IMG/VR virus record: IMGVR_UViG_3300025141_010303
Location: 1-61,778 of that record
From: a virus
Taxonomy: Duplodnaviria > Caudoviricetes
Length of the DNA stretch: 61,778 nucleotides
Strand: one strand, 5' to 3'
The translations under genes were made by a program, and so were the position numbers. Below the pieces are notes generated by a model. It had not been told where the DNA came from and searched no databases. It saw only the letters and a list, made by a program, of their open reading frames with translations. The stretch's first letter is position 1. Every line of letters begins with the position of its first letter. Shown here piece by piece: positions 36,410 to 44,556 of the stretch.

Positions 36410-37102
36410 TCATGTTAATTTAATATCTGACGCATATAAAACATTATTTGCTTCTATGTCCCATTCTGTTATGGTACTTTCACCATAAACAGTTTTATCA
36501 TTTTGTTTATGCCAAAATATGGTTGTTCTATATTGAATTTCTTCCTTTTCCAAATCACCACTACACTCTGTTTCCGATCTATCTATGACAGCTTCAAATT
36601 CACTATTATTATCAAATAGATTTTCAACCATAACCAAATCACCTGGTTTCTTACTAATCCTAATTCTAGTGATGTCATCTGTAGTAAATGTTATAAGTAA
36701 ATCATCACTTAAATGTTTTTTGATATCTTTTATCTTGTTGACACATTTATCTAAACTCGAATGTAAACCTGGTACTCCAAATAAATGTTCATATCTTGAC
36801 TTATACAACATCTCATCATATTCATCTTCTGAAAATAATATATCAAATTTACGATATTCAAATGATTCTTTAGCTAAAGCTATATCTAATGTCTTTCTAT
36901 GTTTGTAATCTTTATATGTCTGATTTAACCACGACATATATTTACCACTACCAGTTGGCCAATCTGGTCCTACTGTAAATTGACCTTTGACCTTTTCAAC
37001 TGCAATCATTTCATATTCATTTACAAACGTGTCATGTGTTAGACTCATCAACACTTGTAATTTCTCTATCCGTGATAATATTTCTTCTCTTTTCAGAGCC
37101 AC
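36410..37102 (-). CDS. Hypothetical protein
   Basis: 230-aa ORF, GTG start abutting the upstream stop. Confidence 0.55.
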   Translation of the reverse strand: MALKREEILSRIEKLQVLMSLTHDTFVNEYEMIAVEKVKGQFTVGPDWPTGSGKYMSWLNQTYKDYKHRKTLDIALAKESFEYRKFDILFSEDEYDEMLYKSRYEHLFGVPGLHSSLDKCVNKIKDIKKHLSDDLLITFTTDDITRIRISKKPGDLVMVENLFDNNSEFEAVIDRSETECSGDLEKEEIQYRTTIFWHKQNDKTVYGESTITEWDIEANNVLYASDIKLT

Positions 37103-37498
37103 CTATACCATACCTTTAATTTTCAACTCCCTAGCATCAATTGTTTCTTTAGCTTCTCTTAAACCGCGTGGTTGTCCAAGAAAGGCTGGACTATTTCTAA
37201 ACAATTTGATAGCAGTTATCTTCTCTCCATTTTTGATAAACTCATCAATCATTGACCATTTGTCATCCTTGTCAGACAGAAAAGCATATTCATATTTCTT
37301 CCATAATCGGTTAGCATTTTTCAAATCTCGTTTATCTAAAACGATACCACCATCAAAATCCTCAATTTTCCTTTTAATCCATTTCATATCATTGAGTTCT
37401 TCAAGCTTTTGTGTTCCAGATGTTGCAAACGAAACCCTATATTTCAATTTGTCAAGTTTATCTAATATGTGAACATCATTTCTCATATTGTCATACAA
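37103..37498 (-). CDS. Protein with ribosomal L7/L12 C-terminal-like motif
   Basis: GEKITAIKLFR...GLREAKETID. Confidence 0.55.
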   Translation of the reverse strand: MYDNMRNDVHILDKLDKLKYRVSFATSGTQKLEELNDMKWIKRKIEDFDGGIVLDKRDLKNANRLWKKYEYAFLSDKDDKWSMIDEFIKNGEKITAIKLFRNSPAFLGQPRGLREAKETIDARELKIKGMV

Positions 37499-37522
37499 TC
37501 CAAAAGACTTGACTCATGCCAT

Positions 37523-37771
37523 CTAAAGTTCTGCATTTTCATATTTACTTATAAATTCAAGTTCCATCAACTCTTCATCAGTATATTCACGCATCCCAAC
37601 TACCATTGTATAATCATCACCTGAAAGTGAATTCCACCATTCAGCTGAACAATCTTCAAGTTCTGTTCCCATATGCCTGTCTGGCATCCTATCTGAACCA
37701 AGTGGATAAACTACTCCATCCTCTGATATTGCTGAACCTACACTATTTAACATTATTGTTTTTAAAGCCAT
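37523..37771 (-). CDS. Hypothetical protein
   Basis: AAGGAG RBS. Confidence 0.6.
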   Translation of the reverse strand: MALKTIMLNSVGSAISEDGVVYPLGSDRMPDRHMGTELEDCSAEWWNSLSGDDYTMVVGMREYTDEELMELEFISKYENAEL

Positions 37772-37790
37772 TTTGACTTACTCCTTTTAG

Positions 37791-38132
37791 TTATCTATAA
37801 TTTGGGCCTGTCCAAGTGAAATAATCTGTGTTATCATCAAATATATTTCCACGAGTATGTTTTGCCGGTGCACTCCAACCTGCAGCTTTCAGTACATCTC
37901 CAGCCTTTGTTGGTAATCCTTTATGTGAACCATCTTCTTTAACAACAAATCCCCATACTGAATTGTCGTGAATTATCTTTACGAATTTTCTACCATTTTT
38001 TAAAATTATGGTTTTTTTCGGTCTTAAATGATTTATCCATTTTTCATAATCTTTATGAATATTCTCAATCAACCTATCTATAGCTGAATCAAAATCTCTG
38101 ACCATTGGTTTTGGTTTTATTCCGTTAATCAT
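37791..38132 (-). CDS. Conserved early phage protein (GRKFVKI...GDVLKAAGWSAPAKHTRGNIF family)
   Basis: Motif widespread in large phages; function unknown. Confidence 0.7.
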   Translation of the reverse strand: MINGIKPKPMVRDFDSAIDRLIENIHKDYEKWINHLRPKKTIILKNGRKFVKIIHDNSVWGFVVKEDGSHKGLPTKAGDVLKAAGWSAPAKHTRGNIFDDNTDYFTWTGPNYR

Positions 38133-38329
38133 TATATTTTCTCATTTAAATTAATTTTTGAGAGATTCATCGTGGGTGATGAAGCCACTTCATCTCTCGG
38201 TATAAAGTTACTAAAGGTGTAAGATTCCTTTCTATTGTAACTTGTAATTAGAGGAGAACAAATCCTCTCATAGAATGCCGTACTGACATCCCTTATAATA
38301 TCTAATTTTGTTTTTCTCTCTCTCATCAT
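38132..38329 (-). CDS. Hypothetical leaderless early protein
   Basis: ATG 7 nt after the -10; TAATG coupling to the next gene. Confidence 0.55.
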   Translation of the reverse strand: MMRERKTKLDIIRDVSTAFYERICSPLITSYNRKESYTFSNFIPRDEVASSPTMNLSKINLNEKI

Positions 38330-38336
38330 CTACTAT

Positions 38337-38366
38337 AATATACAACATTTTTATAATACAAGTCAA
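38337..38366 (-). promoter_or_regulatory. Early promoter TTGACT-N18-TATATT
   Basis: Conserved copy. Confidence 0.85.
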
Positions 38367-38533
38367 GTCTTTTTTAATTTATTTTTGGTACATTTTTTTG
38401 AATCGCCCTTACACAAATCACATGACTCAAAATTTCCTCCACAAGATACCCTTAAAGGCTTATCACTTAAAATGACTCCAAGTGAAAGTCCCAAAACACA
38501 TAACACCAAAATCGCTATCGCTAAAATAATCAT
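38363..38533 (-). CDS. NqrM/DUF539-like small membrane protein (56 aa)
   Basis: MIILAIAILVLCVLGLSLGVILSDKPLRVSCGGNFESCDLCKGDSKKC; below the ORF-track cutoff. Confidence 0.6.
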   Translation of the reverse strand: MIILAIAILVLCVLGLSLGVILSDKPLRVSCGGNFESCDLCKGDSKKCTKNKLKKT

Positions 38534-38751
38534 TTATATTTATCATAAATCCAATTCATTCTGATATACCATTCCAGATATCTATTAACATCTTTTATAA
38601 ATCGTAGTGGATGTATAAGTATCCGAAAGTAATACTTTGAACCATAAGCCGTAATCAGCCGCCAATGTAACCAAGGTAACGGCCATTTTATTATTACCAT
38701 TAATACTTTTAGTTTAAGATATAAGTTAAATCTTTTTTTGATTTTTTTCAT
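38530..38751 (-). CDS. Hypothetical protein
   Basis: 73 aa; overlaps both neighbours in an operon-like way. Confidence 0.45.
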   Translation of the reverse strand: MKKIKKRFNLYLKLKVLMVIIKWPLPWLHWRLITAYGSKYYFRILIHPLRFIKDVNRYLEWYIRMNWIYDKYK

Positions 38752-38923
38752 CTTTTCTTTTTACATACCAAACCAATGTTCCTAATATACCACCAACTAT
38801 CAGTAAATCCTTTATTATAAATAAAATCAAAATTATAACTTCCCAAAACTGTAACCCAGAGTTCTTAGCTTCCTTTATCATAGAAATAGCTTCTACTATA
38901 TCTGTTAATTGAGCACTAATCAT
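38726..38923 (-). CDS. Small membrane protein
   Basis: Hydrophobic segment. Confidence 0.5.
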   Translation of the reverse strand: MISAQLTDIVEAISMIKEAKNSGLQFWEVIILILFIIKDLLIVGGILGTLVWYVKRKDEKNQKKI

Positions 38924-38932
38924 AATTAAGCA

Positions 38933-39358
38933 TTATCTCCCAGTACTGCCAAAACTATTTTTACCTCTACAAGTTTTATTCAACTCTTTAACTTCATTTA
39001 TTTCAAACTCTATAAGTTTCGTTGGAATCAGTTGAGCTATCTTATCTCCATGTCTTATTGTGTATGGTTTTGTATTTGAATTGCACATCAACACTTTTAT
39101 CTCTCCTGTGTAACCAGTATCTATGACTCCAGCATGTGTAAATAATCCCTTCACAGCCATAGAACTTCTATCTTTAATTATAAATCCATAATTGATGTTA
39201 CTTGATCTAATTGATATACCAGTAGATATCAATGAATATTGCCCAGATTTAAGTGATATTTCTTCATTTGAAAATATATCATATCCTAAATCACTCATAC
39301 TATAAGCCTTCTCTGGTAATTTAGATGTAGATGTATGTCTAACTACATTTAATTCCAT
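38933..39358 (-). CDS. dut: dUTPase (trimeric)
   Basis: GYDI, RSS, GVIDTGYTGE, DKIAQL, RG..SFGSTG. Confidence 0.93.
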   Translation of the reverse strand: MELNVVRHTSTSKLPEKAYSMSDLGYDIFSNEEISLKSGQYSLISTGISIRSSNINYGFIIKDRSSMAVKGLFTHAGVIDTGYTGEIKVLMCNSNTKPYTIRHGDKIAQLIPTKLIEFEINEVKELNKTCRGKNSFGSTGR

Positions 39359-39382
39359 TATGTCTCCTTATTTTGATGTATA

Positions 39383-39412
39383 AATATACAACATTTTTAT
39401 GTTATGAGTCAA
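39383..39412 (-). promoter_or_regulatory. Early promoter overlapping an ATATTTAT motif
   Basis: TTGACT-N18-TATATT. Confidence 0.8.
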
Positions 39413-39420
39413 GTGTTTTC

Positions 39421-39843
39421 TTAAATTATTCCAATCTTCTTAAACCGACTCTTCCACTTCTTCCAGTTCTTCTGACCAAATTCCTCAGCTTCAATTTCAA
39501 ACCTGTTGTCTTTGTATTTATCTTTACCTTGACCAATTTGATAATTCATTTCCCACTCATAATCTAACTTGAAATCTTTCCAGCCCAATCGTTTAGAATC
39601 CATGGCATGATGAATTTCATGTAACACTGTGATGAGAAAATGCTTTAAATCTGAATCCTTTAACTGTTTGTATCTCGATGATAACTCTAATGTTCCTGTA
39701 TCTACATTGAAATAAGCAAAATCTTTCATTGATTTATACTTAACTTTAACACTCTCAACTTTATAATGTTTTAATAATGTTGCAATTATCTGATTCTTTT
39801 CAGATTCTTTTATAAATTCTTTAATAAGCATCAACCACTCCAA
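39421..39843 (-). CDS. Zn-metallopeptidase-like protein
   Basis: TVLHEIHH...NRFEIEA. Confidence 0.65.
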   Translation of the reverse strand: MEWLMLIKEFIKESEKNQIIATLLKHYKVESVKVKYKSMKDFAYFNVDTGTLELSSRYKQLKDSDLKHFLITVLHEIHHAMDSKRLGWKDFKLDYEWEMNYQIGQGKDKYKDNRFEIEAEEFGQKNWKKWKSRFKKIGII

Positions 39844-40112
39844 CGCTTTCTATCTAAATCAATATTGTCGTTATCTATCTTATCCATTTCTTCTTTAGTT
39901 AAACCATCACCAAATTCAGTATTATATGGATATTCAAAATCTTCATCCAACACTGGACTATCCATATGAACTTGTGTCACAGAACCACTCACATCAGATG
40001 GGTTTTCCTCATATTCTTCTTTCACCAATTTCGCGTGTTTAGTAACATTCTGTATCAATTGTTCAAGTTCCATTTTCTGTTGTTTCGTCAAAAATTGTTT
40101 ATCTTTTGCCAT
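39831..40112 (-). CDS. Hypothetical protein
   Basis: GGAG RBS. Confidence 0.55.
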   Translation of the reverse strand: MAKDKQFLTKQQKMELEQLIQNVTKHAKLVKEEYEENPSDVSGSVTQVHMDSPVLDEDFEYPYNTEFGDGLTKEEMDKIDNDNIDLDRKRWSG

Positions 40113-40128
40113 AACTTATCTCCATGAT

Positions 40129-40338
40129 TTAATTTCTGTAACTTGCACTTACATCTGATGGATTTACCCACCAAATTTTACCAAGATTGTCAATCACTCT
40201 GATACCCTTGTTTTCTTCAAACTCATCAACTTTCACAAGTGAATCTTTATACAACATTCCATCTACACTTTGAATGTTTCTCTGAACACTAACTTTGTCA
40301 CCAACATTTATTTTTCTATTCTTATAATCAACTAACAT
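40129..40338 (-). CDS. Small SH3/KOW-like hypothetical protein
   Basis: INVGDKV pattern; AGGAG RBS. Confidence 0.5.
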   Translation of the reverse strand: MLVDYKNRKINVGDKVSVQRNIQSVDGMLYKDSLVKVDEFEENKGIRVIDNLGKIWWVNPSDVSASYRN

Positions 40339-40502
40339 TAACGTCTCCTACCTTGACCTCTGTATTTCTTTTTATAATGTTTTGCCGTTGTTGAACCATT
40401 TGGTCCACCACCACGATTACATCTTTTAGTGTTATTACTTTTACCCTGCCGTGTCTTTTTAGGATGTGGTGTATGATAAGCCGAAACAATAATTTTAGCC
40501 AT
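40338..40502 (-). CDS. Small basic protein (54 aa, KKKYRGQG family)
   Basis: MAK...KKTRQG...YKKKYRGQGRRR; GGAG RBS; TAATG coupling; not in the ORF track. Confidence 0.65.
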   Translation of the reverse strand: MAKIIVSAYHTPHPKKTRQGKSNNTKRCNRGGGPNGSTTAKHYKKKYRGQGRRR

Positions 40503-40513
40503 TTAATATTCTC

Positions 40514-41062
40514 CTATCTACAAAATGTTTTTGATTTCCAAAACCAACCATTGAATGACAAATAACAATTCGGACATAACAATCTGATGTTTTCCCATAA
40601 CCAATTTTTGTGATCTCCATCTTCAAAATCAACAGCAAGACAACAAGTTCCAGTCTTTAAATTGATTTCATTATATCCACAATTATGACACTCATCCTGC
40701 CAATAACCCTGCTTAATCAACTCTTTCTTCATTGTGCTGTGAGACCACCTCTGTGGTGGTAACTTTCTTTTGCCATATATGATGTCTTCAACCTTTACAA
40801 TCTTGGCTCCCCAACCTTTGGTGTGAATACCAAAACCAGCTTTGTTGTTGTGTTGTTCATAGATACCATACTCTGTAGCATATTTCTTATATGTTGCATT
40901 GTTAATACCTAACCAACGAGCAGCTGCGCTGTTTGACAATGTATGTTTCTGTGATTCCAATATCATATTCTTGGTTACAATCATTCGTTTACCTGGAATA
41001 TGAATTGGCTTTCTGATTGACCCAGTTAACCCACCTAATTGTTTTTTGTCATCATTTTCCAT
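40514..41062 (-). CDS. HTH + HNH-like protein
   Basis: SNSAAARWLG; CHNCG...DGDHKN....NIRLLCPNC. Confidence 0.7.
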   Translation of the reverse strand: MENDDKKQLGGLTGSIRKPIHIPGKRMIVTKNMILESQKHTLSNSAAARWLGINNATYKKYATEYGIYEQHNNKAGFGIHTKGWGAKIVKVEDIIYGKRKLPPQRWSHSTMKKELIKQGYWQDECHNCGYNEINLKTGTCCLAVDFEDGDHKNWLWENIRLLCPNCYLSFNGWFWKSKTFCR

Positions 41063-41296
41063 TTAAATTTTCTGATAACTGTGTGCTCGATCATTGACAT
41101 TCAAAATTTCTTTTGTTTTTACATTCTGACCTTGTGTTTCATTTATCTTACGATAAGGCACATTTAATGTAAAATTCATATCGTCACTTAACCAAAAAAG
41201 TTCATGAACTGGAATATCTGAAAATCTACAATGTTCGAACTCCGTGCCCAGACCGGGTGGATTATATCTGTCTTGAACTGGATTGTTAGTTGACAT
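41063..41296 (-). CDS. Hypothetical protein
   Basis: Probable start ATG 41296 (MSTNNPVQ). Confidence 0.55.
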   Translation of the reverse strand: MSTNNPVQDRYNPPGLGTEFEHCRFSDIPVHELFWLSDDMNFTLNVPYRKINETQGQNVKTKEILNVNDRAHSYQKI

Positions 41297-41297
41297 A

Positions 41298-41465
41298 TTA
41301 TATCTCTTGCCAAGTTCCAGCAAGTTCTACAATACCTGCTATAGCCTCAAATTCATTTTGAACTTCTATGAATTTACCACTAGTTTCAAGTTTGTCATAC
41401 ATTGAATCTAATGCATTTTTGATTATTAATATTTGGTCGTAACCATCTTTACTTATCTTTGACAT
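41298..41465 (-). CDS. Hypothetical protein (55 aa)
   Basis: MSKISKDGYDQ...; GGAGG RBS; not in the ORF track. Confidence 0.55.
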   Translation of the reverse strand: MSKISKDGYDQILIIKNALDSMYDKLETSGKFIEVQNEFEAIAGIVELAGTWQEI

Positions 41466-41524
41466 TTTATTTGTCCTCCTGTGATAATTGTTTTTTTTGT
41501 TTTTCTATCTTATTCAAACTATTA

Positions 41525-41806
41525 TTAACTTAACAAACCGAGTACTGCAGTGTTAAAACTTCCACTTACCACTGGTGGTATAACTGTAACATAATAATCT
41601 ACTGAACTCGTCATATGACACAAAATTGCTGCCTTTATCGTAGCAGTATTCGCGTCTTCTGCTGTGTCGTGGTCAACCCAAAATTCTGGCTGGCCATCTG
41701 ATCCAGACACTCTGAATGTCCAGTATCCAAAACTACCGTCAACATAATTCTTTTCAGCTGATTCCACCCTTGAAGCTGTTGCTTGACTTAATGTAAAATT
41801 TGCCAT
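41525..41806 (-). CDS. Hypothetical protein
   Basis: GGAG RBS; two SGS motifs. Confidence 0.6.
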   Translation of the reverse strand: MANFTLSQATASRVESAEKNYVDGSFGYWTFRVSGSDGQPEFWVDHDTAEDANTATIKAAILCHMTSSVDYYVTVIPPVVSGSFNTAVLGLLS

Positions 41807-41807
41807 T

Positions 41808-42014
41808 TTATTTGTTCTCCTGTAATAATTGTTTTTCTAATTGTTTAGGTTCTTCTTCATCATCTGAATTATTTTTCTTTAAAAATTCACCAATGTTGTT
41901 ACCCAATCTTCTTAACTCACCTAACGCAAGTTCTCTAATGAATGGTTCTTGATCTTTTTCAAGAACTGTTGTCATAAGTTTTGTTATGTATATTCCTAAT
42001 TTATCACCCATCAA
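41808..42014 (-). CDS. Hypothetical protein
   Basis: GAGG RBS. Confidence 0.5.
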   Translation of the reverse strand: MMGDKLGIYITKLMTTVLEKDQEPFIRELALGELRRLGNNIGEFLKKNNSDDEEEPKQLEKQLLQENK

Positions 42015-42219
42015 TATTATCCTCTTTTATATCAAAATTCACTCTTAAAAAGTTAATTGTTTTCTGGCAATTCATATGTGGATATTCTCTTGGTGGGCCC
42101 AACATTTTAATCGCTTCTCCAACAACCTCTTTAACCAATGTCGTTTGTTCGATGCATCGAATGCAAGTGTCATCACCTGCATAATTTAATTCGATTCCAT
42201 CTTTGTTTTTATATTTCAT
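42004..42219 (-). CDS. Hypothetical protein
   Basis: ATGA overlap with the upstream gene. Confidence 0.5.
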   Translation of the reverse strand: MKYKNKDGIELNYAGDDTCIRCIEQTTLVKEVVGEAIKMLGPPREYPHMNCQKTINFLRVNFDIKEDNIDG

Positions 42220-42656
42220 TCTACTATAACCCCTAATGAATCTACATATGTTATTTGACAGTTATCTACATATCCACAATATACTTTAATTGTATCTCCA
42301 ATAAAATCTTCCCATACACCAAGAACTGTGTGGGCAATTCCTTCCCTATCTGTATAACTATCTGTATTTACAAGATATACCCAATTATTTATTCCCATAT
42401 ATTCCACATTGTATTGTTTATCAGTTATCCAACTGATTTTCTCATATGATAAACCAGTTTCCGCATTCAATGTAGAAAATGTTTGAATATAATTATCAAG
42501 AAATTCCATATGATAATAACCATTTTCATCTTGTTCTAAACTTGGTGCTGATATATCTAAATAACTATATTCACAATTCATCAAGCCGGTTTGTGAATTA
42601 CAACCAATTAACAACATTACATATATAAATATATATAATTTACTAAAACCTACCAT
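42216..42656 (-). CDS. Putative lipoprotein
   Basis: Hydrophobic N-terminus ending in an LIGC lipobox. Confidence 0.55.
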   Translation of the reverse strand: MVGFSKLYIFIYVMLLIGCNSQTGLMNCEYSYLDISAPSLEQDENGYYHMEFLDNYIQTFSTLNAETGLSYEKISWITDKQYNVEYMGINNWVYLVNTDSYTDREGIAHTVLGVWEDFIGDTIKVYCGYVDNCQITYVDSLGVIVE

Positions 42657-42812
42657 TTTTTTATCGTCTCTCTACGCTGTTTTTTCTTATTCTCTTTTCT
42701 CTGCTTCTTCTTCTTCAACCTCTTGTCTTGCTTCCTCTGTTGTTTATCATTATCCCAATAATGCGGATCTGTCTTTTGCATCTTTTTTGTTACCTTCGTG
42801 TTTATTAATTAT

Positions 42813-42842
42813 AAGTTACAACTTTTTTACTATATAAGTCAA
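42813..42842 (-). promoter_or_regulatory. Early promoter variant TTGACT-N18-TAACTT
   Basis: Same -35 and spacer length. Confidence 0.65.
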
Positions 42843-42847
42843 GCTTT

Positions 42848-43696
42848 TTATTCATCAATTACGGCTCGACCTTTTAACTGTTCCCAATCTCTTTCGGGTC
42901 TTACTTTAAGATTTGTTTCCCAAGCACCTTTGATTGTATTTACATCTACACCCACACTTTTAGCGAATGATATAATTGCGTTGATATCTTTCGGAAAACA
43001 ACTGCCACCAAATCCCATTTTCCCATCTGGTCCAGGAACATTCAGGTGTGAGTCACCAACCCTACCATCTGCTACAAACCCTTCTAACGCTGTCTCCCAG
43101 TCAGCTCCAATTGTGTCACACATCTGTTTCATTTCATTTGCAAAAGATACTTTTACTGCAAAAAATACATTACTGAAATATTTAATCATCTCAGCTGTCT
43201 TATAATCAGTTTGAATTATATGACAATATTTAAATCTTTCATTAAACAATTCAGATACTTTGGATGTATATAATTTATCTCCACCTAATATCACTCTATC
43301 TTGATTTATGAAATCTAATCTTGAAGATTTTTCCGTAAGGAATTCAGGATTAAATACAATGTTCAATTCCGGAAACTTTTCTTGCAACATTTCAGTGGTA
43401 CCTGGAATAACAGTAGATTTTAGAATTATTATATTATTCTGTTTTTTGTTTACATCATTTATCTCGTCAAATACTTTGTATATAAGTTTTAAACTAATAT
43501 TCCCATTTTTATCCATTGGTGTTGGCACTGATACAAATACAAAATCTGAATCATTTACAGTTTCATCTAATGTGTTTAGTGACCGTTCTGGTATTTTATC
43601 ATACACTTTCACTTCACACTTACCAGTCGATGCTGGTGAAAATCCATGAGAGATTGCTCCACCTACATATCCATTACCGACTACACCTATTTTCAT
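42848..43696 (-). CDS. ugd: UDP-glucose/GDP-mannose dehydrogenase family protein (short form)
   Basis: GNGYVG, VPTP, KSTV.PG, NPEFL, GFGGSCFPKD; lacks the C-terminal domain. Confidence 0.85.
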   Translation of the reverse strand: MKIGVVGNGYVGGAISHGFSPASTGKCEVKVYDKIPERSLNTLDETVNDSDFVFVSVPTPMDKNGNISLKLIYKVFDEINDVNKKQNNIIILKSTVIPGTTEMLQEKFPELNIVFNPEFLTEKSSRLDFINQDRVILGGDKLYTSKVSELFNERFKYCHIIQTDYKTAEMIKYFSNVFFAVKVSFANEMKQMCDTIGADWETALEGFVADGRVGDSHLNVPGPDGKMGFGGSCFPKDINAIISFAKSVGVDVNTIKGAWETNLKVRPERDWEQLKGRAVIDE

Positions 43697-44556
43697 TTAT
43701 TTTCCTCCGACCATTTTGTTATATAATCAACCAATCTTTTCCTAGGATTCCATCCTAAAGTATTTTTTGCCAAAGTGTTATCAGCTAAAGTGAAAGGATA
43801 TTCACCAGATCTTTGTGGTAAATAAACTCGACTGTGACATGAGTCACCAAACATACTAGCAACTTCATTGATAGAATAATTTTTACCTCTTCCCAATTCA
43901 AATATTTCACATTCTAATTCTTTTTCAGACATCAAAATCAAAGCATCTACAATGTCATCTATGTGTGTGAAATCTCTTCTCTGCTCTCCAGTTCCAACAA
44001 TTGTAAATGGTTTGTTGTCTCTAAATTGCTTTTCAAATATCCCAATGACAGTAGCATATTCACCATCTTCAAGTTGATGTGGACCATACACATTATAAAA
44101 TCTAGCAATAGCTGTACTGATATCGTAAACTTTATTATAAAGTTCGCACAATTGTTCTCCACTATATTTAGACCAAGCATAAGGACTTCCATACAATCCA
44201 TGATGAAATGTACTTGAACCTGAATAAATAATTTTAGCTTTCATATTTCTAGCATATTCTAAAACATTTAAAGTTGAAATAAAATTATTATGAATTGTTT
44301 TTATTGGTTTTTTCAAAGATGGTTGTATTCTAGCCAAAGCAGCTAAATGAAATATCACATCAGGTTTATCCATAAAAAATGAATAATCAGCTGTTTCTAA
44401 CAAATCTACATCAAAATACTGACAACCTTTTTGTTCATTCTCTTTATATCCTGTACTGTAATTATCTAACGATACTACCTTGTGATCATCCTCTATCAAT
44501 CTTTTAATCAAATTAGTTCCTACAAAACCAACTCCACCTGTTACTAACGCTCGCAT
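43693..44556 (-). CDS. NAD-dependent epimerase/dehydratase
   Basis: TGGVGFVG, YAWSK, RFYNVYG, RRDFTHI. Confidence 0.9.
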   Translation of the reverse strand: MRALVTGGVGFVGTNLIKRLIEDDHKVVSLDNYSTGYKENEQKGCQYFDVDLLETADYSFFMDKPDVIFHLAALARIQPSLKKPIKTIHNNFISTLNVLEYARNMKAKIIYSGSSTFHHGLYGSPYAWSKYSGEQLCELYNKVYDISTAIARFYNVYGPHQLEDGEYATVIGIFEKQFRDNKPFTIVGTGEQRRDFTHIDDIVDALILMSEKELECEIFELGRGKNYSINEVASMFGDSCHSRVYLPQRSGEYPFTLADNTLAKNTLGWNPRKRLVDYITKWSEENK

